A stretch of 64,000 nt of DNA from Ruminococcus sp. (lineage in GTDB: Bacteria > Bacillota > Clostridia > Oscillospirales > Acutalibacteraceae). Below are positions 9,186-19,707 of this stretch, one piece after another. The notes beneath the pieces were generated by a model. The model did not search any database. It was not told the origin of the DNA and worked only from the letters and a program-made list of their open reading frames with translations. Position numbers and translations under genes: made by a program. Position 1 is the first letter of the stretch; the number at the start of each line of letters is the position of its first letter. The DNA lies in contig JBGVLC010000032.1 in NCBI GenBank assembly GCA_045124035.1, forward strand, positions 30,427 to 94,426, written 5' to 3'.

Positions 9186-11819
9186 TTACTTAGCAAGAAT
9201 TTCTTTAACGATACCTTCAACAGCAAAGATAGCATCATCAGTAGCAGAAACGTTCTTACCACCAGCCATAGCCATATCAGGTTTACCGCCGCCATTACCG
9301 CCTGCAATCATAGCTACCTTCTTAACGATATCGCCAGCTTTGAGGCCTTTTGCGATAGCTTTCTTAGAACAAGCACAAACAAATGTGAGCTTTTCACCGT
9401 TAACAGCAGCCAATACGATAACGGCATCATCAACCTTATCTGTTACCTTATCACACATAGTCTTGAGCATATCAGGTGTAGTACCAACAAACATACTTGT
9501 GATAACCTTGGTATCCTCGACCATAGGAGCAGAATCAATAAGTGCGTTAATCTGAGCACCAGCTACCTGGGACTTGAGTGACTCGATCTCCTTTGTCTTC
9601 TCTTTGAGTTCCTGAGCAATACGTTCAGCACCAGCAACGATTTCCTTAGGGTTGTTGATATGGAGAATCTGAGAGGTAAGGACAACAGCATTGACAGCGT
9701 TGTTGAGATAATCAAGAACGCCCTTACCAGTAACAGCCTCAATTCTTCTGACACCTGAAGCAACCGAACCCTCCTGCTTGATTTTGAACAAACCGAGAGC
9801 TGATGTGTTGTTAACATGGGTACCACCGCAGAATTCCATTGAGAATTCGCCCGCTTTGACAACTCGTACAACATCTCCGTACTTCTCGCCGAAGAGAGCC
9901 ATAGCACCGAGCTTCTTAGCTTCTTCGATAGGCATTTCTTTTGACTCAACAGCGATGGCTGAAAGTATCATCTCGTTTACTCTCTCTTCAACCTCAATCA
10001 TTTCCTTAGCTGTCAGAGCTGAGAAGTGAGTGAAGTCAAAACGAACGATTTCGTCAGAAACAAGCTGACCAGCCTGCTGAACGTGAGTGCCGAGCTTCTC
10101 TCTGAGTGCTGCCTGCAAGAGGTGAGCTGCAGTATGGTTACGCTTGATATCTTCACGACGAGCTGAGTCAATAGCACAAGTAACATCGTTTGATACAGAA
10201 ATCATACCTTCTTCCACTTCACAAACATGGAGGAAGATAGAGTTATTATCCTTAGAAACGTTGTCAACTAAAACGCTTGCAGACTGAGTCTTGATAACAC
10301 CTGTGTCAGCAACCTGACCACCGCTTTCTGCATAGAAAGGTGTTTTATCGAGCACAACAACAACGCTGTCGCCTGCGTAAGCTTCAGAAACTCTCTCACC
10401 ATCTTTGATGATAGCAAGAATCTTAGATTCAGACTCATAGTCAGTATAACCAACAAACTGTGTAGCACTTATATCAGAAAGGTCAGTAGCATCAGAAACC
10501 CAAGCATCTGCGCCTGCGTTCTTTCGAGCATTACGGGAACGGTTTTTCTGCTCAACAAGGAGATCCTTGAAGCGCTCGATATCAACCTTGATACCCTTTT
10601 CTTCTAAGATTTCACGGGTGAGGTCAATAGGGAAACCGAATGTATCATTGAGTTTGAATGCATCTTCACCGGAAAGCATCTTCACAGAATTATCATCGAT
10701 GATATTCTGGAGCATCTGCAAACCCTGGTCGATAGTTTTAGCGAAGTTTTCTTCTTCAACCTTGATAAGCTTAGTGATGTATTCCTTTTTGTCAACAAGC
10801 TCAGGATAAGCAGAAGCGTTTTCTTTGATAACAGTCTCACAAATCTTGTAGAGGAATGGCTCTTTGTGGCCAAGCAGACGTCCGTGACGAGCGCCACGAC
10901 GGAGAAGTCTTCTAAGCACATAGCCTCTGCCTTCATTAGATGGCATAACGCCATCAGCAATCATAAATGTAGTTGAACGGATATGGTCGGTGATAACACG
11001 AAGTGAGATATCTGTCTTATCAGACTCGCCATACTTCACACCGACAATATCACTGATGTGTTTCATAATATTCTGAACAGTATCTACAAGGAAAAGGTTG
11101 TCAACGCCCTGCATCACACAAGCAAGACGCTCAAGGCCCATACCAGTATCAATGTTAGGATGTTCAAGAGGAGTGTAGTTGTTGTTACCGTCGTTATCAA
11201 ACTGAGTGAACACGAGGTTCCAAACTTCAACAAAGCGGTCACACTCACAGCCTACAGCACAGTCAGGTGAACCACATCCCTTTTCTTCACCACGGTCAAA
11301 GTAAATCTCAGAGCAAGGACCGCAAGGACCTGAACCATGCTCCCAGAAGTTATCAGCTTTGCCGAGTCTCACCATATGAGATGGGTCAACACCGATTTCC
11401 TTTGTCCAGATATCAAAAGCTTCGTCATCTTCTTCATAAATAGAAACATAGAGCTTTTCCTCTGGCATCTCAAGAACCTTTGTGAAAAACTCCCAAGCCC
11501 AAGCTGTAGCTTCGTGCTTGAAGTAATCACCGAATGAGAAGTTACCGAGCATTTCGAAATATGTACCGTGTCGTGCTGTGATACCAACACGCTCGATATC
11601 TGGGGTACGGATACACTTCTGACAAGTAGTCACACGCTTTCTTGGAGGTGTGATTTCGCCTGTGAAGTACTTCTTCATAGGTGCCATACCTGAGTTAATC
11701 AAAAGTAATGAATTATCATCTTTTGGAATAAGTGGGAAACTTGAGAGACGTAAATGTCCCTTAGATTCCATAAAGCTTAAGAATTTTTCTCTAAGCTCGT
11801 TAAGACCTGTCCACTGCAT
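9186..11819 (-). CDS. alaS: Alanine--tRNA ligase
   Basis: NSGMAPMK, HGTYFEMLGNFSFGDYFK, IDTGMGLER, NHTAAHLL, EFCGGTH, GGGKPDMAMAGG. Confidence 0.98.
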   Translation of the reverse strand: MQWTGLNELREKFLSFMESKGHLRLSSFPLIPKDDNSLLLINSGMAPMKKYFTGEITPPRKRVTTCQKCIRTPDIERVGITARHGTYFEMLGNFSFGDYFKHEATAWAWEFFTKVLEMPEEKLYVSIYEEDDEAFDIWTKEIGVDPSHMVRLGKADNFWEHGSGPCGPCSEIYFDRGEEKGCGSPDCAVGCECDRFVEVWNLVFTQFDNDGNNNYTPLEHPNIDTGMGLERLACVMQGVDNLFLVDTVQNIMKHISDIVGVKYGESDKTDISLRVITDHIRSTTFMIADGVMPSNEGRGYVLRRLLRRGARHGRLLGHKEPFLYKICETVIKENASAYPELVDKKEYITKLIKVEEENFAKTIDQGLQMLQNIIDDNSVKMLSGEDAFKLNDTFGFPIDLTREILEEKGIKVDIERFKDLLVEQKNRSRNARKNAGADAWVSDATDLSDISATQFVGYTDYESESKILAIIKDGERVSEAYAGDSVVVVLDKTPFYAESGGQVADTGVIKTQSASVLVDNVSKDNNSIFLHVCEVEEGMISVSNDVTCAIDSARREDIKRNHTAAHLLQAALREKLGTHVQQAGQLVSDEIVRFDFTHFSALTAKEMIEVEERVNEMILSAIAVESKEMPIEEAKKLGAMALFGEKYGDVVRVVKAGEFSMEFCGGTHVNNTSALGLFKIKQEGSVASGVRRIEAVTGKGVLDYLNNAVNAVVLTSQILHINNPKEIVAGAERIAQELKEKTKEIESLKSQVAGAQINALIDSAPMVEDTKVITSMFVGTTPDMLKTMCDKVTDKVDDAVIVLAAVNGEKLTFVCACSKKAIAKGLKAGDIVKKVAMIAGGNGGGKPDMAMAGGKNVSATDDAIFAVEGIVKEILAK

Positions 11820-11914
11820 AGTAATATCTCCTTTTCGGGAATTATCCCATCATTTGTTATTTTTAGGGTGCTTAAGCACACGGTCGACCAGTGGTCGTTC
11901 CTACAATTTTAAAT

Positions 11915-12125
11915 AAAAAAAGCCTGCCCCAACAATGGGACAGGCTGTGCTGCGGTACCACCCAAATTGACAAAGTTACCTTTGCCCTCTTTGATGTCTT
12001 TAACGCAGACATACGCTGTGCTTTCACACAGAGCTCAGGGGTAGCTTGCTGAAATTTCGCCCAAAGCCTCGCACCAGACGGCTTCTCTCTGTAGAGCTTG
12101 AAGTCAGCTTGTCCCATCAACGCCA
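11915..12125 (-). promoter_or_regulatory. T-box riboswitch (Ala) upstream of alaS
   Basis: Minus strand shows AGAGA and GGTG stem I motifs, a candidate GCT (Ala) specifier, the T-box AATTTGGGTGGTACCGC, and a terminator GCCTGTCCC..GGGGCAGGC-TTTTTT. Confidence 0.9.
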
Positions 12126-12142
12126 ATTTATATATCCTCTAG

Positions 12143-12171
12143 ATTATAAAGGTGTTTTCTTTAGTTGTCAA
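12143..12171 (-). promoter_or_regulatory. SigA promoter for the T-box/alaS leader
   Basis: TTGACA-N17-TATAAT on the minus strand. Confidence 0.8.
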
Positions 12172-12197
12172 TAGATTAAATCTGAATATAACTAATT

Positions 12198-13409
12198 TTA
12201 TAATTTCTTTCTGATTACGGAGCCTGCTGGGATTTCCCTGTCAACTTCCATAAAAAGTTTCTGCATAGCGTGAGGTGCTGATTCGACCTCTTCACCATAC
12301 TCATTTTTCAGGTTTTTTGCGACAACCTCAAACGAAATTCCTGATGGAGGAAGAACATCGAGTGTATCGCCACAGAAGAATTTGTTGCGCTGAGTGATAG
12401 TTGCTACTCCATTATCATAACTTTCGCAAACCGCAACCTGATTATAGTGACGGATATATCCACCATTATCGGTAGTCTGTCCAGGCTCTGTGCCAAAGAA
12501 GAAACCTGTTGAATATTCACGATGCGAGATTTTCTCTAGTTCTTCTTTTATCCAAGGCTGCAAAACAAAATCCTCAGGGTCTTTCATATAGTCATTGAGC
12601 GCGTGACGATAAGCATTTGTCGTAACCGCTGTATAGTACGCTGACTTTGCTCTTCCCTCGATTTTGAAACTGCTGATACCGGCTTTGACAAGTTCGTCAA
12701 TGTGGTCAATCATACACAAATCACGGGAATTATAAAGGAAAGTTCCGCCATTATCTTCGATAACAGGGAAATACTGACCCTCTCTGTTTTGTTCATACAA
12801 ATGATACTTCCAACGACAAGGCTGAGCACAGTCACCCCTATTCGCATCTCTTCCCGTCATAAACGAAGAGATAAGACATCTGCCGGAAAACGACACGCAC
12901 ATAGCTCCGTGAACAAAGCACTCGATTTCGAGCTCTTTCGGAATTTTAGCACGCATTTCAGCGATTTCAGGTAAAGTCATCTCACGAGCAAGAACTACCC
13001 TTGAGGCGCCTAAGTTATACCACGCATTTGCGCTTTCATAGTTAATAATTCCGCCCTGAGTTGAAATATGTCGTTCAACATCTGGTGCGTATTTTTTCGC
13101 CATTTCAAACACGCCAAGGTCAGCAATAATAAATGCGTCAACGCCACACTCTTTCGCTCCCATAAGGAAGTCTGGCATACCCTTGACGTCTTCATTACGA
13201 GGAAGGGTGTTGCATGTTAAATAAAGCTTTTTACCTTTAGCGTGTACTTTATCACAAGCTTGTTTTAGTTCTTCTAAAGAAAAATTCTTAGAAGCGGTAC
13301 GCATACCATAACTTGTGCCTGCTACATATATTGCATCTGCTCCGAAAGAAAGCGCAGATGTTAAACATTCCATATCTCCAGCCGGAGATAAAATTTCAGG
13401 TTTAATCAT
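12198..13409 (-). CDS. Peptidase U32 family protein (probable RNA hydroxylation protein)
   Basis: PEILSPAGD, HISTQ, ECFVHGAMCVSFSGRC, NRGDCAQPCR, FKIEGRAKS. Confidence 0.9.
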   Translation of the reverse strand: MIKPEILSPAGDMECLTSALSFGADAIYVAGTSYGMRTASKNFSLEELKQACDKVHAKGKKLYLTCNTLPRNEDVKGMPDFLMGAKECGVDAFIIADLGVFEMAKKYAPDVERHISTQGGIINYESANAWYNLGASRVVLAREMTLPEIAEMRAKIPKELEIECFVHGAMCVSFSGRCLISSFMTGRDANRGDCAQPCRWKYHLYEQNREGQYFPVIEDNGGTFLYNSRDLCMIDHIDELVKAGISSFKIEGRAKSAYYTAVTTNAYRHALNDYMKDPEDFVLQPWIKEELEKISHREYSTGFFFGTEPGQTTDNGGYIRHYNQVAVCESYDNGVATITQRNKFFCGDTLDVLPPSGISFEVVAKNLKNEYGEEVESAPHAMQKLFMEVDREIPAGSVIRKKL

Positions 13410-13412
13410 AAA

Positions 13413-14825
13413 TTATCCTATCAAAGAAAGATTGTACTCATGTTCTGCCATAGTTGTTGCATAGTAAGGGACTGAGCCGTCTTCTACGCTTGAGTGACAG
13501 AAGAAGTAGTAGTTTGTATCGTACGGACCAAGAGCTGCGAGAATAGCCTCTAAACTTGGGTTACAGATAGGGCCTGCCGGCAAGCCGTTGAAATTGTTTG
13601 TGTTGTAAGAGCTCTTGTAAGTGTCGCGGATTGTTTCAGGAACATCCTTGTACTCACGATAAGGATAGTATACAGTACAGTCACAGTTGAGCTGTGCAAC
13701 ACCCATTTCAACGCCATGATCAAGACGGTTATGCAAAATAGATGAAACATAGTACATATCCTCGGTATTAGCCGCCTCAGCCTGAATGATAGAAGCAATA
13801 GTAATAATCTCGTCCATTGAGTAGTCAGACTTCTCGACATACTTATCAAGTGTATACTTCTTAGAACTGCCAAGGTACTTGTCCTTTGTGTTATAAAGTC
13901 TGTACTCAAAGTTGTTGAGCATTTTTGAAATAGTAGTCTCAGGATCTTCATTGAGATAGAAGTCATAAGTATCAGGGAAAAGATAACCCTCGAGCTTATA
14001 GTATCTCTCGTCAGCATTATCAATGTCAGCAAGGAAAGTATATGACTCATCAAAAACATCGCTGTTACACATATCAAGGAACTCCTGAATATCTTCAGTT
14101 ACGCCCTCTTCATGAAGCTTGTTCGCAATCTCGAGAACATTCATACCCTCTGTCAGCTGAACTGTTACGATATCGGTACGGTTGACATTGCTCTGGAGAT
14201 AGTTGATGATAGCCTCGTAGTCCTTGTCGGTCTCGATTTCATACTCACCCTGTCTGAAACCATCAACAGAACTTGTGATGTTCGCATAAAGTATAAAGAA
14301 ATCAGGACGTTCAATAACACCGTTTTGAGCAAGAACATTCGCTACATCTTCCATTGTAGGATCGTCGGGAATGCTGATGATAACAGTCTTAGGGTCATCC
14401 TCGCGATTGATAGCAAGAAGGTCATTTACGCATACAAGAATAACCTGTGAAAGAACGATACCCATAAGAACAACCATACAGAGCCATACCCATTTGAACA
14501 TTTTCTGGTTGCGTTTAGCCTTATTCTTCTCGATACGCTTGTCCTCTTTGCTCTGCTGTTTGAGAGCTTTTTTCGACTCACGCTCGATACGCTTTTTGGT
14601 ATCCGAATCGCTGTATGAGTTGATTTCGATAGTTTTCTTTCTGCGTTTTAGGTGAGATGAAGCTGATGAAATGCTGAATCTTGAATCAGAGTCCTTTTTA
14701 TACTCTCTGACATCGTTATCATCGTTCATAACACTCTTGTCAAAACTACGCTTGAACTCATCGATTTTCTTTCTTCTTGTATTTTCGATTGAACCATCAG
14801 AATAATTATTCTTAAAATCGCTCAT
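13413..14825 (-). CDS. mltG: Endolytic transglycosylase MltG (YceG)
   Basis: Long charged N-terminus plus TM helix; LEGYLFPDTYDF, IASIIQAE, YNT..GLPAGPICNPS, YYFF. Confidence 0.9.
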   Translation of the reverse strand: MSDFKNNYSDGSIENTRRKKIDEFKRSFDKSVMNDDNDVREYKKDSDSRFSISSASSHLKRRKKTIEINSYSDSDTKKRIERESKKALKQQSKEDKRIEKNKAKRNQKMFKWVWLCMVVLMGIVLSQVILVCVNDLLAINREDDPKTVIISIPDDPTMEDVANVLAQNGVIERPDFFILYANITSSVDGFRQGEYEIETDKDYEAIINYLQSNVNRTDIVTVQLTEGMNVLEIANKLHEEGVTEDIQEFLDMCNSDVFDESYTFLADIDNADERYYKLEGYLFPDTYDFYLNEDPETTISKMLNNFEYRLYNTKDKYLGSSKKYTLDKYVEKSDYSMDEIITIASIIQAEAANTEDMYYVSSILHNRLDHGVEMGVAQLNCDCTVYYPYREYKDVPETIRDTYKSSYNTNNFNGLPAGPICNPSLEAILAALGPYDTNYYFFCHSSVEDGSVPYYATTMAEHEYNLSLIG

Positions 14826-14855
14826 AATTATCCTCCTTTAATGATGTTTAAAATA

Positions 14856-15410
14856 TTATGTATGTTTGATATATGAATCACAGACTATTGTGTCAACTTT
14901 CACATCGGTTTTGTCACTAACTATCTCAGGCAGGATGTTATCCGAATAAACAAAACATATCTTTTTGCCCTCATAGTCTTTTAAGAAACGGTCATAACAG
15001 CCTTTTCCATAACCAACACGATTGCCCGATAAGTCGCAACAAAGCGCAGGAATAACACAAACGCTGTTTTCAAAAGAAGTTACTTTCTCACATATCTCAC
15101 TCGGCTCGAGTATTCCGAATTTGCCACTTTTTAATTCTTTTATGGAATTTATATAATAAAACTCCAGAGAATAATCATCATTTGTTTTCGGAACAGCAAC
15201 ACGTTTTTTATTAGCAAGTGCCGCATAAATAACACCACAAGTATCAATTTCGCTGTCGGTTGAAACATAAGTGAGAATCGTATCGCACGTTCTGTACTCC
15301 TGACTTAAAATGAACCTGCTTTGAATTTCGAGCTCCAGCGCACGCTTTCTGTCTTTATCGAGCAGCTGTCGCTTTTGCAACAACTGAGCACGAAGCTGTG
15401 TTTTAGTCAT
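14856..15410 (-). CDS. 5-formyltetrahydrofolate cyclo-ligase
   Basis: MTKTQLRAQLLQKR, GKFGILEP, PALCCDLSGNRVGYGKGCYDRFL; start moved to ATG at 15410. Confidence 0.9.
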   Translation of the reverse strand: MTKTQLRAQLLQKRQLLDKDRKRALELEIQSRFILSQEYRTCDTILTYVSTDSEIDTCGVIYAALANKKRVAVPKTNDDYSLEFYYINSIKELKSGKFGILEPSEICEKVTSFENSVCVIPALCCDLSGNRVGYGKGCYDRFLKDYEGKKICFVYSDNILPEIVSDKTDVKVDTIVCDSYIKHT

Positions 15411-15954
15411 CAAACTGCATCGCCTTTCTGATTTCGTTTGCGCTCTTCTCACCCTTGAGCTTTGTAACAATCGCAAAAGCAAAGTCAGCGGACACACCAG
15501 GACCTTTTCCTGTGATAACATTACCATCAACGACAACCTTTTCGCCTGCTGTTTTAGCTCCTTTGAGTTCACTCTCAAATCCAGGATAACAGGTAGCGTT
15601 CTTGCCATCTAAAATACCGAGTCTGCCAAGAACAAGTGGAGCTGCACAAATCGCACAAAGCAGGAGATTGTTCTCAAAGCAGTATTTAGCAACCTCATTC
15701 GGGGTGGTATTTGCACCACTCGAAAGTGTTTCTGAACCAGGCATACCACCAGGATAAATCGCACCTTCAATTTTTCTCATATCAAGTTCAGTTGATAACA
15801 CATCAGCCTTAACAGTGATGTTGTGTGAACCTGAAACATAGAGTGTGTCATTCACAGAAACAGTGCTGACATCAATTCCTGCTCGTCTTAAGATATCAAC
15901 AGTAGCCAGAGCTTCGATTTCCTCAAAGCCATCAGCTAAAAAACAATATAACAT
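15403..15954 (-). CDS. DJ-1/YajL/ThiJ family glyoxalase III
   Basis: LADGFEEIEA, PGGMPG, CAICAAP, ITGKGPG. Confidence 0.9.
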   Translation of the reverse strand: MLYCFLADGFEEIEALATVDILRRAGIDVSTVSVNDTLYVSGSHNITVKADVLSTELDMRKIEGAIYPGGMPGSETLSSGANTTPNEVAKYCFENNLLLCAICAAPLVLGRLGILDGKNATCYPGFESELKGAKTAGEKVVVDGNVITGKGPGVSADFAFAIVTKLKGEKSANEIRKAMQFDD

Positions 15955-15965
15955 AGTGACCTCCG

Positions 15966-16838
15966 TTATTTCATTGTCGCTGTGTATTTCATCAGTATTT
16001 TGTCAGGATTATAGGATAGCTTTGATTTTCTCAGCCCCTCAATTCCTAAATCTTCTTCTCGATTAAACTGAATGTATTTTTCGTTTGCTTTTGCAAACTC
16101 GTTATTTATCATTGCATAAGCTCCGTCAACATCAAGAGCTTTTTCAAAATGAATATCAAGAACCGAATCGTTGATTTCTGAACCTATAGTCATCGCAACA
16201 GGTCGGCTCTGAACATAGAGAACTCCACCCTTGAGCGACAAAGCTTCAAAATTATCGAGAGCTTCGCGGATAGCAAAAAGCTCACTTTTTGACGCCTGAT
16301 TTTTCATATGCCACATATGCGCAACCATATATGCATCTTCAAAATTCGAGCTATCAAGTGTTTTGTACTCAAAGTCCTCGTTATTACGCTTAAACTTTGA
16401 GATATGATTTCGCTTTGCGTGGAATTTCTTGCCTGGTAATAGTGCAAGATTCTCACGCGAGTATATATAGTCAGCGCTTTCGCGCTCTTCAACAAACTCA
16501 AAAACATCAGGGTAAAGGTGGCTGAGTATCTCAGCATTTGTTTTGTTGAGCATACCGATAAGCGGTTTGATGCCTCGCTCTTTGGCATCATCCATCAAAG
16601 GAGCGAGCATTTCAAGCGGAGGCTTGTTTCCTATCGGGAAGGTATAGCCGCTTATATTTCCTTTTTCGAAATAAGCCTTATAAAACACACCATCTTCGAT
16701 ACATATCCTGATATCATATTCATTGCGCCATAAGTAGGTTGTAGCAAAAGCAATATCACAACCAATCTGACCGCAGTTTCTGGTCAAAGCGACAACTTCA
16801 TCCTTGTCGCAAAGCTTGGGTGTTCTGAATTTGAGCAT
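15966..16838 (-). CDS. DUF2156 (tandem GNAT-like) protein
   Basis: DYIYSRENLALLPGKKFHAKRNHI, HFEKA, NREEDLGIEGLRKSKLSYNP. Confidence 0.85.
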   Translation of the reverse strand: MLKFRTPKLCDKDEVVALTRNCGQIGCDIAFATTYLWRNEYDIRICIEDGVFYKAYFEKGNISGYTFPIGNKPPLEMLAPLMDDAKERGIKPLIGMLNKTNAEILSHLYPDVFEFVEERESADYIYSRENLALLPGKKFHAKRNHISKFKRNNEDFEYKTLDSSNFEDAYMVAHMWHMKNQASKSELFAIREALDNFEALSLKGGVLYVQSRPVAMTIGSEINDSVLDIHFEKALDVDGAYAMINNEFAKANEKYIQFNREEDLGIEGLRKSKLSYNPDKILMKYTATMK

Positions 16839-16850
16839 AAAAACTCCCTC

Positions 16851-17516
16851 TTATAGTTTATTATCTATAATATCAAGTATCTGCGCTGTTATCTCTTCTA
16901 TACTCTTTGGATTGTCACCATCAGCACAGGAAATATGTTCCCAACTAAGCTTTTCAAGAGCATAAAGAGCTGACTTTCTGCATGAAAGGAGGAAGTTCAT
17001 ATTCTTCTCGTGAATATCCTTTTTGCTTTCGTCGCCGTTGTATCTGCCAGTCATAAGTTTCTGAGAAACAGCTGGTGGCATATCAAGATAAATGACAACA
17101 TCAGGTTTCGGCACACAAAGACGATTGTACTCAAAGTCCTCGCACCACTCGATGTAATCATCACGCTCGCTATCCTTCACCTTTGACATCTGATAGATAA
17201 TGTTTGACGTGACATAGCGGTCAGCGACAACATAGTCACATTCTTCGTAGTCCTTTTTCCAGTCCTTGATGAAAGATGCAACACGGTCAACAGCATAAAA
17301 TGTAGAAGCTGCATAGGCGTTGACATCATCAGGGTTGTCGCCCAGTTCTCCGCCCAAGTACATTTTGACAAGTGCAGAAGTATTGCTTTCATAATCAGGG
17401 AAAGTGAGTTTCTTCACCTTGTGTCCCCTGTCTTTTAATATTTGTGTTATAAGTGCGGACTGGGTACCTTTTCCGCTACCGTCGAGTCCCTCTATTACGA
17501 TAAGTTTACTTGCCAT
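16851..17516 (-). CDS. tmk: Thymidylate kinase
   Basis: LIVIEGLDGSGKGTQ P-loop; DRY; PKPDVVIYLD. Confidence 0.9.
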   Translation of the reverse strand: MASKLIVIEGLDGSGKGTQSALITQILKDRGHKVKKLTFPDYESNTSALVKMYLGGELGDNPDDVNAYAASTFYAVDRVASFIKDWKKDYEECDYVVADRYVTSNIIYQMSKVKDSERDDYIEWCEDFEYNRLCVPKPDVVIYLDMPPAVSQKLMTGRYNGDESKKDIHEKNMNFLLSCRKSALYALEKLSWEHISCADGDNPKSIEEITAQILDIIDNKL

Positions 17517-18306
17517 ATTTTTCTCTTACTTCCTTCATTTTACCGCAGGTCATCTTTCCCTCAGGACAAGCACCACGGATACATCTAGGGCCAGAATTTT
17601 TGAAAAGCTGAGGAGCTACCTCTTTGCAAAGTTCAAGCATCTGTTGAGCTACTTCTCTGATCTCCCACTGAGCACGGTTGCAACAACGGTGGTCAAAGAA
17701 GTTGTTGAGACTGCGAACATTGAATGTGCATACAATCTTAGTAGTGCAAGCGTTAGGAAGAACAAAACGAGCATCTTCGTTTGCTTTCTTCAGATATGTT
17801 GAAAAAAGAGCCTTGTTCTCTTCTTTGAAGTTGCTGATGATTTCCTCATCAGTACCATTTATTTCTTTTTCGGAATTTTCCTTTATATATCCAACAACAA
17901 GTGCATCCCTGATTTTTGCATATGCATCGCACTGCAAATCGATAACCTTTTTATATTCTTTGTATGCCTTTTCATTACGCTTAATCTCAGGAGGGGTAAC
18001 AAACTCGAACTTTGTTCCATCAACATAACGCTGAGACTGCTGGCTGTAAGATGCAATACGGTGACGCACAAGCTGATGTGAACAAGCACGCGAAATGCCC
18101 TCAATTCCGAAAGTGAACGAGGCATGCTCCACAGGGCTTGCGTGACCCAGAGCGCTGAGCATATCAAGGAAATCGTTAGTTTTTTCAGGGGTTAATCCCT
18201 CTTTGATATTTTCGATATCTGTTGCGCTGTAACACAACTTTGCAGCCATAGCGACAGTCTGTTCAGGCTGTGGAGTATGCGCTAAAAGTGTGACCTTGAT
18301 ACTCAT
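17506..18306 (-). CDS. thyX: FAD-dependent thymidylate synthase
   Basis: GHASPVEHASFTF, RHRIASYSQQSQRY ThyX motif, EDARFVLPNAC; start moved to ATG at 18306. Confidence 0.95.
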   Translation of the reverse strand: MSIKVTLLAHTPQPEQTVAMAAKLCYSATDIENIKEGLTPEKTNDFLDMLSALGHASPVEHASFTFGIEGISRACSHQLVRHRIASYSQQSQRYVDGTKFEFVTPPEIKRNEKAYKEYKKVIDLQCDAYAKIRDALVVGYIKENSEKEINGTDEEIISNFKEENKALFSTYLKKANEDARFVLPNACTTKIVCTFNVRSLNNFFDHRCCNRAQWEIREVAQQMLELCKEVAPQLFKNSGPRCIRGACPEGKMTCGKMKEVREKYGK

Positions 18307-18522
18307 ATAAACACCTCTTTGAAAATAGACATAGTTACTCATAATATAATTAAGGTTATTATAGCACAAAAGCTCGTCTTATTCAATAGTTTGTAATAAT
18401 TTATATATATTATAAAAACTGTGTGAAGCACAATATATACAAAATAAACATTGACCGAACACTAAATAAATGATAAAATATAATCACTATAATGCCAGAT
18501 AAGGCAAATGGAGGTATTTTTT

Positions 18523-19155
18523 ATGAATTATAGTATTGATCGTGCTCAGGTCAAAGCTAACGCTAAAGCACAGCTTGGTAACAACATTTTCGGAAAAACT
18601 TGGCTTATGGCTTTGGTTGTTGTTCTTATTCAGAGCGCAATTCTTTCAGTTGCATCATACATTCCTGTTGCTTCACTCGTACTTGCAGGCCCTCTTACTA
18701 TTGGTGTTTCACTTGTATTCATGAAGCTTGCAAGAAACCACAACAGCGTTGAATTAAGCGACATTTTCGTAAGTTTTTCTGAGCGTTTCGCAAAGGACTT
18801 CTTACTCGGTCTTATGGTAGCAGTTTTCACATTATTGTGGTCACTTCTTTTCATCATTCCTGGTATCATCAAGTACTACTCATACTCAATGGCTTACTAT
18901 GTTTCTCTTGATCACCCTGAGTGGGGTTGGAAAGAGTGCATCGATGAGAGTATCAGACTCACAAACGGTCACAAAGGCGAACTCTTCGTTCTCGACTTAA
19001 GCTTCATTGGTTGGTACATTGTTGGTTCACTTTGTTTCGGTATCGGCACTCTCTGGGTTGCTCCTTACCACATCACAGCACAGGCTAACTACTACGAAGC
19101 TTTGAAGGCTAACGCACAGCCTGCATACACAGCTCCTGTTGAGCCAACTGTATAA
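18523..19155 (+). CDS. DUF975 family membrane protein
   Basis: LWSLLFIIPGIIKYYSYSMAYY, SIRLTNGHKGELFVLDLSFIGW; GGAGGT SD. Confidence 0.85.
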   Translation: MNYSIDRAQVKANAKAQLGNNIFGKTWLMALVVVLIQSAILSVASYIPVASLVLAGPLTIGVSLVFMKLARNHNSVELSDIFVSFSERFAKDFLLGLMVAVFTLLWSLLFIIPGIIKYYSYSMAYYVSLDHPEWGWKECIDESIRLTNGHKGELFVLDLSFIGWYIVGSLCFGIGTLWVAPYHITAQANYYEALKANAQPAYTAPVEPTV

Positions 19156-19172
19156 TAAGCACATACATAACA

Positions 19173-19203
19173 AAGAGCCGTTTCATACGGCTCTTTTCTT
19201 TTA
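19173..19203 (+). terminator. Intrinsic terminator
   Basis: AAGAGCCGT/ACGGCTCTT stem plus T tract. Confidence 0.8.
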
Positions 19204-19208
19204 CTTTG

Positions 19209-19237
19209 TTGACAATAATCATAAAATACAATATAAT
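19209..19237 (+). promoter_or_regulatory. SigA promoter
   Basis: TTGACA-N17-TATAAT. Confidence 0.8.
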
Positions 19238-19265
19238 TACAGAGTTAAAATATGGAGGTGTAATT

Positions 19266-19670
19266 ATGGATTACAATCAGAATAACAATCAGTACAATCA
19301 GGGAAACTACGAGCAGCCTCAGTACAGCGCTCCACAGTACAGCGCTCCTGAATATGACACACAATATACTCAGAACTACAACCAGCCGACTTATCCTGTT
19401 AAACAGAAAGAAGAAGGCAAAGGTATGGCTATCGCTTCTCTCGTTATTGGTATTTTGTCAGTAACTTGTTGCTGCGGTGGTATTTTACCAAGTATTCTGG
19501 CTATTGTTTTCGGTTTCATTTCAAAATCGCAGAAAAAAGAAAACAATGGTATGGCGCTTGCCGGTATCATTCTCGGTTTTGCTGGTATCGTTATTGGTAT
19601 CGTCTCTCTTGTATATTTATTTGCAACAGGCGCTTATCAGGATCTCATCGACGAAATGATGTACTACTAA
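19266..19670 (+). CDS. DUF4190 family membrane protein with Q/Y/P-rich N-terminus
   Basis: GMAIASLVIGILS..GMALAGIILG; GGAGGT SD; QYSAP repeat. Confidence 0.8.
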   Translation: MDYNQNNNQYNQGNYEQPQYSAPQYSAPEYDTQYTQNYNQPTYPVKQKEEGKGMAIASLVIGILSVTCCCGGILPSILAIVFGFISKSQKKENNGMALAGIILGFAGIVIGIVSLVYLFATGAYQDLIDEMMYY

Positions 19671-19707
19671 ACTCAAAGGGCGGTTTATCCGCCCTTATTT
19701 TTAAGCT

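Noticed and set aside
14856-15608. Long starts for the cyclo-ligase (15608), PRT (7540), thyX (18369), PQ-loop (52893) and amylase (31178) ORFs
   Set aside because: These extensions overlap neighbouring genes or promoters. Downstream starts have an SD and/or match where family similarity begins.
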